Of a stretch of 60,298 bases of DNA, positions 35,287-44,659 are shown piece by piece. Source of the DNA: Pseudonocardiaceae bacterium (GTDB lineage Bacteria; Actinomycetota; Actinomycetes; Mycobacteriales; Pseudonocardiaceae); contig DASYBO010000363.1 of NCBI GenBank assembly GCA_036500685.1, positions 1 to 60,298 of the forward strand, written 5' to 3'. The notes beneath the pieces are model-generated. The model was not told the DNA's origin. It saw only the letters and a list, made by a program, of their open reading frames with translations, and did no database searches. Position 1 is the stretch's first letter; every line of letters begins with the position of its first letter. The position numbers were made by a program, and so were the translations under genes.

Positions 35287-36345
35287 ATGTCCATCCGATT
35301 AGTTCTGGCCGGCCTCACGTCGATCGCCGTCGCAGCAGCGATCAGCCTGGTCATTCCGGCCGCACCCGCCTCGGCCGCCACGGCCTGCGCGGCCACTTGG
35401 AACACGACGTCGGTTTACACCGGCGGAATGATGGCTTCTCTCAACGGTCACAACTACACCGCGAAATGGTGGACGCAGGGCGAGCAACCGCCGGGCACCA
35501 GCGGAGTGTGGACCGACGACGGCACCTGCGACGGGGGCGGCACGGGGAACCCCGGCGGCTGCAACTATCCGCAATGGGCGGCCGGCACCAACTACGTAGC
35601 GGGCGATATCGTCCAATATCCCGCCAACGGCCTGTACTACCAGGCCACGCATGACAATCCCGGCTATGACCCCACCATCAGCACCTGGTACTGGTCGCCC
35701 TACGCCTGCGGCGGCGGAACCAATCCGCCTCCTGGCGGCTTCGTCGTCAGCGAAGCCCAGTTCAACCAGATGTTCCCGAACCGGAACTCCTTCTACACCT
35801 ACGCGGGCCTTGTCTCGGCGATGAGCGCCTACCCCGGCTTCGCCACCACGGGCAGCGCCACCGTGCAGGCTCAGGAAGCCGCGGCGTTCCTGGCCAACGT
35901 CTCGCACGAGACCGGCGGACTGGTCTACATCAACGAGATCGACCAGTCGGGCAACTACTGTGCCAGCGAGTCCTACGGCTGCCCGGCCGGCACGTATTCC
36001 TACTACGGCCGCGGCCCGCTGCAATTGAGCTGGAACTTCAACTATTACGCCGCAGGCAACGCCCTCGGCATCGATCTGCTTGACAACCCCAGCCTGGTCG
36101 CGACCGATGCCGCGACGTCGTGGAAAACCGCGCTCTGGTACTGGGACACGCAGACCGGGCCGGGCACGATGACCGGGCACGACGCGATGGTCAACGGCGC
36201 CGGATTCGGCCAGACGATCTGGTCCATCAACGGCAGCATCGAATGCAATGGCGGCAACACCGCCGAAATGCAGGACCGCGTCAACCTCTACCAGCAGTAC
36301 ACCGGGATCCTCGGTGTGCCAGCAGGTAACAACCTCACCTGCTGA
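35287..36345 (+). CDS. Secreted GH19 chitinase with two chitin-binding (CBM5/12) modules
   Basis: AAGGAG RBS; 'YTAKWWTQG'; second module 'W.AGTNY..GDIV'; 'FLANVSHETGG', 'YYGRGPLQLSWNFNY', 'INGSIEC'. Confidence 0.95.
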   Translation: MSIRLVLAGLTSIAVAAAISLVIPAAPASAATACAATWNTTSVYTGGMMASLNGHNYTAKWWTQGEQPPGTSGVWTDDGTCDGGGTGNPGGCNYPQWAAGTNYVAGDIVQYPANGLYYQATHDNPGYDPTISTWYWSPYACGGGTNPPPGGFVVSEAQFNQMFPNRNSFYTYAGLVSAMSAYPGFATTGSATVQAQEAAAFLANVSHETGGLVYINEIDQSGNYCASESYGCPAGTYSYYGRGPLQLSWNFNYYAAGNALGIDLLDNPSLVATDAATSWKTALWYWDTQTGPGTMTGHDAMVNGAGFGQTIWSINGSIECNGGNTAEMQDRVNLYQQYTGILGVPAGNNLTC

Positions 36346-36357
36346 TCGACTGGCCGG

Positions 36358-36385
36358 CCCCGTGGCTCCCACATGAGCCACGGGG
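36358..36385. terminator. Hairpin between convergent genes
   Basis: CCCCGTGGCTC-ccacat-GAGCCACGGGG. Confidence 0.8.
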
Positions 36386-36398
36386 TCAGGCCGGTGTT

Positions 36399-36767
36399 TC
36401 AGTCGGGCAGCCGAGAAACCTGGTAGTGGGCGATCAGCCAGGTTCCCTCGGTGTGCCGAAGCACAACGCTGAGGTACACGTGCACCGCCGGCCCGTCGGT
36501 CAAGGTGAAATTGACGTCCAGGTAACCGAGTACCAGATCGTCGGCCAGCCGCCGGGTCTGCAACACGGTGTAATTCGCGGTCATGCCGATCGGCTGGCTG
36601 TCGTAGTAGGTGGCGACCCCGTCCCGGCCGACGCTGTAGGGGTGCAGCCCCTGGAAGATCGCGTCGTCGGTGAAGTAGCTGGCAACTCGTTGTGGATCGT
36701 GCGCGTCGACCGCCGACTTCCACCGGTCGATGACCGACGTGACGATCTCGGTTTCCGTTGTGCTCAT
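36399..36767 (-). CDS. NTF2/SnoaL-like (DUF4440-type) protein
   Basis: 'W..AVDAHD...VASYFTDDAIF', 'WLIAHYQVS'. Confidence 0.85.
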   Translation of the reverse strand: MSTTETEIVTSVIDRWKSAVDAHDPQRVASYFTDDAIFQGLHPYSVGRDGVATYYDSQPIGMTANYTVLQTRRLADDLVLGYLDVNFTLTDGPAVHVYLSVVLRHTEGTWLIAHYQVSRLPD

Positions 36768-36771
36768 CTTT

Positions 36772-36995
36772 TCAGTGCCCCGCGCTCTGGCCGCCGTCGA
36801 CATGCAACACTTCGCCGGTGACGAATGGTGCGTTCTCCAGGTAGACGACCGCGTCGACGATATCGCTGATGTCGCCCATCCGCCCGACCGGATGCAAACT
36901 CGCCAGCGCGGCGTATGTGGTCGATCACGCAGGCCCCGACGGCCCGATCCGAGATGTCCCCCGACACGGCCTGGCTACCGGCCGACGACCCGCAT
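36772..36995 (-). pseudogene. Internally deleted SDR gene
   Basis: Pieces in different frames: 'AVSGDISDRAVG..VID', then 'YAALASLHPVGRMGDISDIVDAVVYLENAPFVTGEVLHVDGGQSAGH*'. Confidence 0.85.
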
Positions 36996-37750
36996 CAGAG
37001 GTCCATCGACGACCAGCCCGCGGCGAAATCGGCAAGATCGGCGGCGATCCGGTCGGACCAGGACGGCTGCTCCGCTCGGTGCACCATCGCCTTGATCAGT
37101 CCGAGGCCGCCAGGGCTGCGCAGGGCGAGCGTGTCGGCGAGGTCGGTCACCCGGTCGGCCAGCAGTTCGGCTTCGGCGACCTCGGCGACCAGGCCGAACT
37201 CGCGCATGGTCGCGGCGTCGTGCACCTCGGAGGCGAGCAGCACCTGCTTGGCGCGGTACGAGCCGACGGCGTGTACGAGGCTGCCGACCGCCCCCAGCGC
37301 CGGGACGGTGGCGTGCGCGTCGCAGAAGGTGGCCGTGCTGCTCGCCACCACCAGATCGCAGGCCAGCACCAGTTCGAGACCGCCGGCAACGCAGGCACCG
37401 TTGACCGCCGCGATCACCGGCTTGGCTGATTCGCGCAGCAGGCGCAGCACCTCGGCCAGCGGATGCAGCAACTCGTCGAGGAACCGGTCAAGTCCGTCCG
37501 CGCGCTCGGTCATGGCGCGGAGGTAGTCCAGGTCGGCGCCGACGCAGAAGGCGGGCGCCGCGCCGGTCAGCACGAGCACGCGGACCCGCTCGTCGGCATC
37601 GGCCGCGCGCACCGATGCGGCCAGGTCGGCCACCATGGCCGGGTTGATCGCGTTGTGCTGCTCCGGCCGGTTCAGCATGATCCAGGCCGCTGAACCGCGA
37701 CGTTCCCTCCTAATAGGACCGGGAAAGGCCGATGGCGTGTTGGTCGACAT
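36995..37750 (-). CDS. Enoyl-CoA hydratase/isomerase (C-terminus looks short; possibly decaying)
   Basis: 'LNRPEQHNA', 'AFCVGADL', 'KPVIAAVNG..VAGGLEL..ACD'. Confidence 0.85.
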   Translation of the reverse strand: MSTNTPSAFPGPIRRERRGSAAWIMLNRPEQHNAINPAMVADLAASVRAADADERVRVLVLTGAAPAFCVGADLDYLRAMTERADGLDRFLDELLHPLAEVLRLLRESAKPVIAAVNGACVAGGLELVLACDLVVASSTATFCDAHATVPALGAVGSLVHAVGSYRAKQVLLASEVHDAATMREFGLVAEVAEAELLADRVTDLADTLALRSPGGLGLIKAMVHRAEQPSWSDRIAADLADFAAGWSSMDL

Positions 37751-37767
37751 GGTTGACAATCCTGATC

Positions 37768-37805
37768 TGAGGCTGGGCACAGGAACCCCACTGTACCCAG
37801 CCTCA
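37768..37805 (-). terminator. Terminator of the second S53 gene
   Basis: TGAGGCTGGGCACAG-N8-CTGTACCCAGCCTCA, 15-bp stem with 1 mismatch. Confidence 0.75.
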
Positions 37806-37812
37806 TTCCGCG

Positions 37813-39162
37813 CTACTTGACGGCGGCGATCAGGGCGGGGATGAAGGTGGACACATCCCCTACGGTGCCCCAACCCGCCGCGATGGTGAAGCCCGGCCCC
37901 GCGGTGAATCCGGGGACACTGCTGATCGCCGGGTTCAGGTTGTCGTTGCTCGTGGCCAGCGAGACGATGCCGGCGCTGGTGCCGGCCGGCCCGAGCTTCT
38001 TGTAGAGCGCGGAGTCCACATTGCCCAGATTGTGGCCACCGTTGGCCTCCACCGCCAGCGCGAGCACGCCTGCGAACAACGGCGACGATTCGGAGGTGCC
38101 GTCGTTGCCGTACATGGTGATGTCCGGCATGGAGCGCATCGCGCTACCGGTGATGTTCTTGACGCCGTTCTGCCAGGTGGGACGTTTGTACACCTGGGAC
38201 AGTCCGGCGCTGGTCACGTTGTTGGTCGCGAAGGGCAGGAAGTCGTTCCACAGCGTGTCCGGGTTCTGCGCCCGCGTGGCCGGAGTCGCCGCCGAGCCGG
38301 TGTTGAAGACGGTGCCGCCGACGGCGGTCACGTACGGGCTCGATGCCGGCCACGAGATGGCGCGGAACGGGTAGTAGGTCGCCCCGTCCAGTTCGAAGTC
38401 CGTCGGTCCGGTGTCCCCTGAGCCGGTGACCAGCGACATGCCGGCCGCGGTCGCCTTCTTCATGGTCGGATCCAGCAGCGTGGTGATCGACGCGGGCGAC
38501 GGGAAGGTGTTCTCGGTGGCACCGAAGGACATCGAGACGATGCTGGCCAGCTTCTTGGTGCGCAGATAGTCGATCGCGGTCATCATCTCGGGCATCCCGG
38601 TCATGCCTTCGGTCTCGTCGACCGGGGTCGCCGCGATGATGATCTTCGCCGACGGCGCGATCTCGTGCACCGACTCGACGTCCAGATCGGTCTCGCCCGC
38701 CCATGCTCCGCAGTCAGCCGCTGACTTCGGATCGCTCGACTGGAGGGACGCGCAGGTCGGCACCGCGCCGGCCGGCGAGAGCTGGGAGACGTCGACCGGG
38801 GGCAGGCCCTCGGCCGCGTCAAAATTGTCCATCACGGCCTGGATAGCCGGATCGCCGTAAGAGTCCAGTACCGCAACGGTGACGCCCTGCCCGGTGTCAC
38901 CGGCATTCCACTCGGTCGGCGCGCCGTAGGCCGTCGCCAGCGGGAACAACGTGGCGCTGGCCAGCTTTTCCATCGCCTTGGCCCGGCCTGCCGCGGTGGG
39001 GTTGGCCCCGACCGTCTTGGCCGCCGTCGAGAATTCGTGGGATAAGTGGGATAACTGGGTTGACGATGCCGTTGGCGGGGCGGCGGCAGCGGGTACCACG
39101 AACCCGGCAGTGGCCACCACGGTGCCCATCACCACCCCGATCACACCATGACGTCTATCCAT
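37813..39162 (-). CDS. Secreted S53-family peptidase
   Basis: Signal peptide; 'GETDLDVE', 'SMSFG', 'GSGDTG', 'WPASSPYVTAVGGT', 'GTSESSP'. Confidence 0.9.
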   Translation of the reverse strand: MDRRHGVIGVVMGTVVATAGFVVPAAAAPPTASSTQLSHLSHEFSTAAKTVGANPTAAGRAKAMEKLASATLFPLATAYGAPTEWNAGDTGQGVTVAVLDSYGDPAIQAVMDNFDAAEGLPPVDVSQLSPAGAVPTCASLQSSDPKSAADCGAWAGETDLDVESVHEIAPSAKIIIAATPVDETEGMTGMPEMMTAIDYLRTKKLASIVSMSFGATENTFPSPASITTLLDPTMKKATAAGMSLVTGSGDTGPTDFELDGATYYPFRAISWPASSPYVTAVGGTVFNTGSAATPATRAQNPDTLWNDFLPFATNNVTSAGLSQVYKRPTWQNGVKNITGSAMRSMPDITMYGNDGTSESSPLFAGVLALAVEANGGHNLGNVDSALYKKLGPAGTSAGIVSLATSNDNLNPAISSVPGFTAGPGFTIAAGWGTVGDVSTFIPALIAAVK

Positions 39163-39269
39163 GCCGCACACCTTTCCTCGTCAACACGTTTGCGCTGCCA
39201 GAAAAGGCCATAGTGCAGGTCGGTGTCGCGGCGATCAACCGACGAAAGGCGTGAGTCGAGCAGGCACCC

Positions 39270-40229
39270 CTAGCGGCCGGCGAACCGGTCGATCGCCTCG
39301 AAGATGTGGCGGACCTTCGTCTCGCTGTCGAGGTGGCCGGCGTCCTCGGCGATCAGCAACTCCGCGTCCGGCCAGGCGCGGGCCAGCTCCCAGACCGACT
39401 CGACCGGCCCGTTCATGTCCATCCGGCCGTGCACCAGCACTCCGGGGATGCCGGCGAGCCTGCCGGCCTCGCGCAGGAGCACGCCGTCCTCCAGGAACGC
39501 GCCGTGCGAGAAGTAGTGCGTGCAGATCCGGACCAGCGCCTGCACTTCGGCCGAGAGGATGCCGGTCAGCGGAGCGAACTTTCCCTGCATCTCGTGGGAC
39601 AGCAGGGTGTCTTCCCACGTACACCAGTCGATGGTGGCCTTCTGTCGGACGGCGGGATCGGGATCTTCCATCAACCGGGCGTACGCGCCGACGAGGTCGC
39701 CATCGCGCGGCGTGCCCGGAGCGCCGGCCAGGAACCGTTCCCACGCTTCCGGGTAGAACCGCCTCGCGTCCCGGTAGAGCCAGTCGATGTCGCGGCGGCT
39801 GCCGCAGAACACGGCGGCCAGGATGATCTCGGAGACGCGTTCCGGATGACGCTCGGCGTAGGCAAGGCTGAGCACGGAGCCCCACGAGTAGCCGTAGAGC
39901 AGCCAGCGCTCGATGCCAAGGTGCTCGCGCAGCAGCTCCATGTCGGCGATCAGGTGCTGGGTGGTGTTGTACAGCATGTCGGTGGCCGGGTCGGCGGCGT
40001 GCGGGGTGCTGCTGCCGCAGCCGCGCTGGTCGAACAGGACCAACTGGTAGCCCGCAGTGTCGAAGCGCCGGTAGCCGCCGCGCCGGAAGGGTCCGCCGGG
40101 GCCGCCGTGCACCACGACCGCGGGCTTGCCGCCGGGGGTGCCGCGGACCTGCCAGTACACCTTGTTGCCGTCGCCGACGTCGAGCATGCCCTCGTCGTAG
40201 GGTTCCGGCGCGGCATCCGGCTTGGTCAC
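39270..40229 (-). CDS. pip: Proline iminopeptidase
   Basis: 'HGGPG', 'FDQRGCG.STP', 'NTTQHLIADME.LREHLGIERW', GxSWG, 'HGRMD', 'DAGH'. Confidence 0.9.
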   Translation of the reverse strand: MTKPDAAPEPYDEGMLDVGDGNKVYWQVRGTPGGKPAVVVHGGPGGPFRRGGYRRFDTAGYQLVLFDQRGCGSSTPHAADPATDMLYNTTQHLIADMELLREHLGIERWLLYGYSWGSVLSLAYAERHPERVSEIILAAVFCGSRRDIDWLYRDARRFYPEAWERFLAGAPGTPRDGDLVGAYARLMEDPDPAVRQKATIDWCTWEDTLLSHEMQGKFAPLTGILSAEVQALVRICTHYFSHGAFLEDGVLLREAGRLAGIPGVLVHGRMDMNGPVESVWELARAWPDAELLIAEDAGHLDSETKVRHIFEAIDRFAGR

Positions 40230-40269
40230 GTCCGCTCCTTGGGCTTCGGGTACCTGGAGCGTACGTGAG

Positions 40270-40575
40270 TTACTGGACGGGCCTGCGCAATACCGCCAAT
40301 CGCGACAAGTATTCCTCCTCGGAGATCTCGCCTGCCGCGAACCGCCGGGCCAGCATGTCCTCCGCCGCCGACAGTTGCGTCGCAGAGCCGACGCGGCCCA
40401 GCGGTGCCGCGAAGCGCGACCGCCGCACCAGATAGACGATCAGGACCGCGGCGCAGGCCGCCACGACCAGCGTGCCAAGGCCCCACCACGGAGCAAAACC
40501 CGCCCACGGGCCGCCCCAACCGCCGCCGCCCCAACCATTGTCGAAGGCCCACTGGGCCAGCACATGTTCGCTCAT
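40270..40575 (-). CDS. SHOCT-domain membrane protein
   Basis: Gly/Trp-rich N-terminus, one TM, 'AEDMLARRFAAGEISEEEY..RL..L'. Confidence 0.85.
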   Translation of the reverse strand: MSEHVLAQWAFDNGWGGGGWGGPWAGFAPWWGLGTLVVAACAAVLIVYLVRRSRFAAPLGRVGSATQLSAAEDMLARRFAAGEISEEEYLSRLAVLRRPVQ

Positions 40576-40764
40576 GAACTCAGCATGACGACGCGCGTGT
40601 GTCGCGACATCCGAGGCAGGGCGTGTTCCTCCGCTACGTCGTCGAACGTACGGGGGCCGGTCCGTCGGGGCCACGAGTGTGAGCACGACGAGCAGCACGG
40701 TGCCGAGGATGAGCTGCACGATGCTGGGCAGGGCGTTGAGCGTGGCGGAAGCGAAGTGTCGACA

Positions 40765-41313
40765 CTAGGACGCGTCGGGATCGGTTCCGGTAGTGACCCA
40801 CGGCCGGGCGACGCGGGCGATGTCGGCATCCGATGCGTTGGTGAACGCGTCGAGATTGAGGAAGTGCCGGGCGACGGTGAGTCCGAGGATGCTGCTGACG
40901 ATGAGCGCGGCCCGCAGGTCGGCATCCTCGCCACCCATGGCGCGACTGAGGTTGGCGACCCGCTCGTTGAGGAACGAGCTCATGGATTCGGCGGCTTCCG
41001 GCGCAGTGAGCATGGACCGGACCAGGGCCTTGGTTTCCGGGGGCAGCGTGGCGAGTCGGACGTCGAGCACGTCGTGCAGATGTGTCTCGATCTCGCTCGG
41101 GTCCGATTCCTCCAGCTGGATGGCGACGGCGAACAGGGCGGCCTTCGATCCGTAGTGCTGCATCACCAGGGACGGGTCGACGTTCGCGCGCTGGGCGATG
41201 CGGCGGATGGTGGCGGCTTCGAGGCCGCGCTCCCCGAATTCCGCCCGCGCGGCCTCAAGAATGCGCTGCGCGCTCGCGGCCCGCCTGGCGGCTCTGCTCT
41301 TCGGCTCGCTCAC
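40765..41313 (-). CDS. TetR-family regulator
   Basis: 'RILEAARAEFGERG...TIRRIA..ANVDPSLVMQHYGSK'. Confidence 0.92.
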   Translation of the reverse strand: MSEPKSRAARRAASAQRILEAARAEFGERGLEAATIRRIAQRANVDPSLVMQHYGSKAALFAVAIQLEESDPSEIETHLHDVLDVRLATLPPETKALVRSMLTAPEAAESMSSFLNERVANLSRAMGGEDADLRAALIVSSILGLTVARHFLNLDAFTNASDADIARVARPWVTTGTDPDAS

Positions 41314-41351
41314 CGTTTGACTCTACTGCGGTTGAGCGAAGCATCCCGGGA

Positions 41352-43090
41352 TCAGTCGGCGGAGGCGAGGAACTGGGTCGCGGCCAACTCGCCGTACAGC
41401 GGGTCGGTGGCCACCAACTCGGTGTGGCTGCCGACCGCGCGGACTCTGCCGGCGTCCATCACCACGATGCGGTCGGCCATGGTCACTGTGGACAGTCGGT
41501 GCGCGACCACCAGCACGGTGGTGGTGCGCGCCGCCTCGGCGATGGTCTCGCGCAGCGCGGCTTCGTTGACCGCGTCCAGTTGGGAGGTCACCTCGTCGAG
41601 CAGCAGCAGTCGGGGCCTGCGCAGCAGGGCGCGGGCGATGGCCACCCGCTGCCGTTCGCCGCCGGAAAGCTTGATGCCTCGGTGGCCGACCGTCGTCTGC
41701 ACGCCGTCGGGCAGTCGCGCGATCAGGCCGTCGAGGCGGGTGGTCTTCAGCACCGCGCGCACGTCGTCGTCGGTCGCGTCCGGTGCGCCGAAGACGAGGT
41801 TGTCGCGCAACGTGCCGGACAGCACCGGTGCGTCCTGCTCGACGTAGCCGATCGCCGCCCGCAGGTCGGCCAGCGACCACCGGGTCACGTCCGTGTCGTC
41901 GAGCAGAACCCGCCCGGACGCCGGCTCGTAGAACCGTTCGATCAGCGAGAACACCGTGGTTTTGCCGGCCCCGGACGGCCCGACGAACGCAGTCATGCCC
42001 CGCGCGGGAATGGCGAAGCTGACGCCGTGGTGCACCTCGGGCAGGTCCGGCTGGTAGCTGAATCGGACGTTCTCGAACGCGACGGCGGCCGGCCGAGGAT
42101 CACTGACCGACGTTCGCGGGTCGAGTGGTTCGGCCGGCATCGATTCGACCTCGCGGATACGGGCGACCGCCGCCGCGCCGACTTGATACTGCGTGACCGC
42201 GTTGACCAGGTCCCGCATCGGCGGCATCAGGTAGTAGAGGTAGAGCAGGAACGCCACCAGCGTGCCGACGTCGATCGCCCCGGACACGACGCGGGCGCCG
42301 CCCAACCCGAGCACCACGATGAACGACACCTGGATGGCCAGTCCGCCGGTATTGCCCGCGATCGCCTGCCATTTGGCCGCCCGCACCCCGCCGCGCCACG
42401 CGTCCTGCGCCGCGTCGTAGAGCCGGTCGCGCTCGCGGTACTCCGCGCCGGACGCCTTGACCGTGCGCAGCGCGCCCAGTACGCGTTCCAGTGACGCGCT
42501 CATCGCACCGACCGATTCCTGGGCCTGTTTGGACGCCCGCGAAATGCGCGGCACGACCACCCGCACCGCGATCTGGGCCAAACCGAGCACGGTGACGGTG
42601 ACGCCGAGCAGCAGCGGGTCCAGCAGCGCCATCAGCGTGATAGTGGCAAGGAAGGTCAGGCTGCCGGTGACCGCGGAGACCACGGCGGTCGTGCTCACCT
42701 CGCGCAGCAGCGTGGTGTCGGCGCTGACCCGCGACATCAGGTCACCCGGTTCATGTTCGTCCAAGGCGGGAATCCGCAGGCGCAGCAGGTGCGACACCAG
42801 TCGGCGCCGCGCGACCAGCACGACCGATTCGGCCGTGCGTTCGAGCAGGTAGGACCCGAGCGCGCCGATTCCCGCGTTGGCCAGCACCAGCACGGTCATC
42901 AACACCAGCAACCCGGTGATGCCCCGGTCGACGGAAAGGCCACTGATCAAATTCCGCACCACCAGCGGCAGCGCCAAGCCGGCCGCCGCGGTGGCCAGGC
43001 TCAGTACCGCGCCCACCACCAGCGCGACCGAAACGGTCGTACGTAGCCCAGCAGTACGCGCCAGGCCGGCTCCTGCACCCGTGTGCTCAC
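41352..43090 (-). CDS. ABC exporter (fused TMD + ATPase), apparent 1-nt frameshift near the 5' end
   Basis: [21 protein letters not shown]. The natural-looking N-terminus (GTG 43090: [21 protein letters not shown]) is out of frame with the body at ~43029. Confidence 0.85.
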
Positions 43091-43146
43091 CCGGCCAGTG
43101 TTGCCACCCTCGGGTCACCACGTCCATGAAAATACGCGGGTCGCTT

Positions 43147-43740
43147 TCAGCGCAGGACCTTGAAGACGATCTCGGTGTACATGCCGATGACCTCGTCGCG
43201 GCTGAGCGTGCCGTCGGCGCGGTACCACTCGCGCACTCCGTTGAGCATGTCCAGCACGGCCATGGTGGTGATCTCGGGGTCAACGGCGGCGAACTCCCCT
43301 CGCGCGGTGCCGTCTCTGATCGCATCGCGCACGGCGTCGTGGTAGGCCTGCTGGAGCGCGATGCCCTCCTTCTGCTGTTCGGGATTGAGGGCATGCCGGA
43401 TGGGGTTGCCGACGAGCAGTTCGGACCGCCGGTCGTCGCTGATCTCCAGGTGCAGTCGCACCATCTCGCGGACGCGTTCGGTCGGTGACCGGGTCGGGTC
43501 CTTCAGGATTGGCACGGTAGCCGCTACGAACTCGGTCATGAACCGCGCGACGCAGGCGTGCAGGATGTCCTGTTTGTTGGTGAAGTGGTGATACATCGTC
43601 GAGGAGGAGATGCCGACCGCGTCGGCGATGTCGCGGATCGACGTCGCTCCGAAGCCGCGCTCGTAGAACAGGTCCGCGGAGGCGTCCATGATCGCCTCGC
43701 GCAGCACGGGTCCTTCGTCGAGGGAGCGCTTCCTGGCCAC
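43147..43740 (-). CDS. TetR-family regulator (KstR2-like C-domain)
   Basis: '[34 protein letters not shown]'; 'WYRADG.LS'; start uncertain (43740 or 43770). Confidence 0.9.
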   Translation of the reverse strand: MARKRSLDEGPVLREAIMDASADLFYERGFGATSIRDIADAVGISSSTMYHHFTNKQDILHACVARFMTEFVAATVPILKDPTRSPTERVREMVRLHLEISDDRRSELLVGNPIRHALNPEQQKEGIALQQAYHDAVRDAIRDGTARGEFAAVDPEITTMAVLDMLNGVREWYRADGTLSRDEVIGMYTEIVFKVLR

Positions 43741-43760
43741 GGTCAGGACCGTAGCAGACG

Positions 43761-43836
43761 TGTCGATCATTTGATCGACAGGTCTTGACGCGACACGGAA
43801 CCGCTCGCTACGGTTGTGTCGATCGATCGATCGACA
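43761..43836. promoter_or_regulatory. Two TetR operators flanking a sigma70-type promoter
   Basis: TGTCGATC-N4-GATCGACA at 43761-43780 and 43817-43836; TTGACG-N18-TACGGT (43785-43814). Confidence 0.8.
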
Positions 43837-43867
43837 TGATATCCACCGCTGCCGACAGGGGCGTCGA

Positions 43868-44632
43868 ATGAGCGAACGCAGGCCGGGTTGGTCGACGGTG
43901 CCGGAGCCGGGGAGCCGGGTGCTCGTCACCGGAGCGGCGGGCGGACTCGGCAGGGCGCTGGTGGCCGCGCTGGCCGAACTGGGTGCGACGGTGATCGGGA
44001 TCGACCGGCCAGGAGCGGATGCGGCCGGTCCGGGCAAACTGCTCTTCGCCGACCTGGCCGATGCCGAGGAAACGCGGCGGATCGTCGCCGAGGCGGCCGA
44101 ACTGCTCGGCGGCCTCGACGCCGTGATCGGCGCCGCCGGCATCGTGGACACCCTCCATCGCGCCGCGACCTTCCCCATCGACGCGTTCCGCCGCGACGTC
44201 GAGGTCAATCTGCTGGCCCAGTTCACGGTCGCGCAGGCCGCCCTGCCTGCGTTGTCCGCATCGCAGCGACCGGCGATCGTGTTCGTCTCCTCCCTGGCCG
44301 GGCAGGACGGACTGCCGGGCCAAGCCGCCTACGCCGCGTCGAAGGCCGGCGTGCTGGGACTGACCCGCACCCTTGCCGCGGAATGGGCCGGCGCGGGGAT
44401 TCGGGTCAACGCCGTCGTCCCTGGCATGTTCGCGACTCCGAAGATCCTCGGGCTGCCTGCCGAGATCCGCGACCGGATGCTCGCCGAGGTGCCGATGGGC
44501 CGGGTGGCCTCGCTCGACGAGGTCGTCGGCCCGGTGCTCTACCTGCTCTCCCCGGCCGCCGGCTACACGACCGGCCAGGCACTGCGACTCGACGGCGGCG
44601 CCGGTCTCGGCCGCGCGGGCTTCTACCGCTGA
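43868..44632 (+). CDS. SDR oxidoreductase
   Basis: TGAAGGLG, YAASK, 'IRVNAVVPG', 'TGQALRLDGG'. Confidence 0.92.
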   Translation: MSERRPGWSTVPEPGSRVLVTGAAGGLGRALVAALAELGATVIGIDRPGADAAGPGKLLFADLADAEETRRIVAEAAELLGGLDAVIGAAGIVDTLHRAATFPIDAFRRDVEVNLLAQFTVAQAALPALSASQRPAIVFVSSLAGQDGLPGQAAYAASKAGVLGLTRTLAAEWAGAGIRVNAVVPGMFATPKILGLPAEIRDRMLAEVPMGRVASLDEVVGPVLYLLSPAAGYTTGQALRLDGGAGLGRAGFYR

Positions 44633-44659
44633 GGTTCACCGACAGCTCAGGAGGAACGG

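Noticed and set aside
40660-40755. Hydrophobic ORF segment FASATLNALPSIVQLILGTVLLVVLTL upstream of the SHOCT gene
   Set aside because: Could be a membrane-protein relic, but it is too short for me to assign; not annotated.
43817-43836. (GATC)n microsatellite or phase-variable tract
   Set aside because: Better explained as the second copy of the 20-bp TetR operator.
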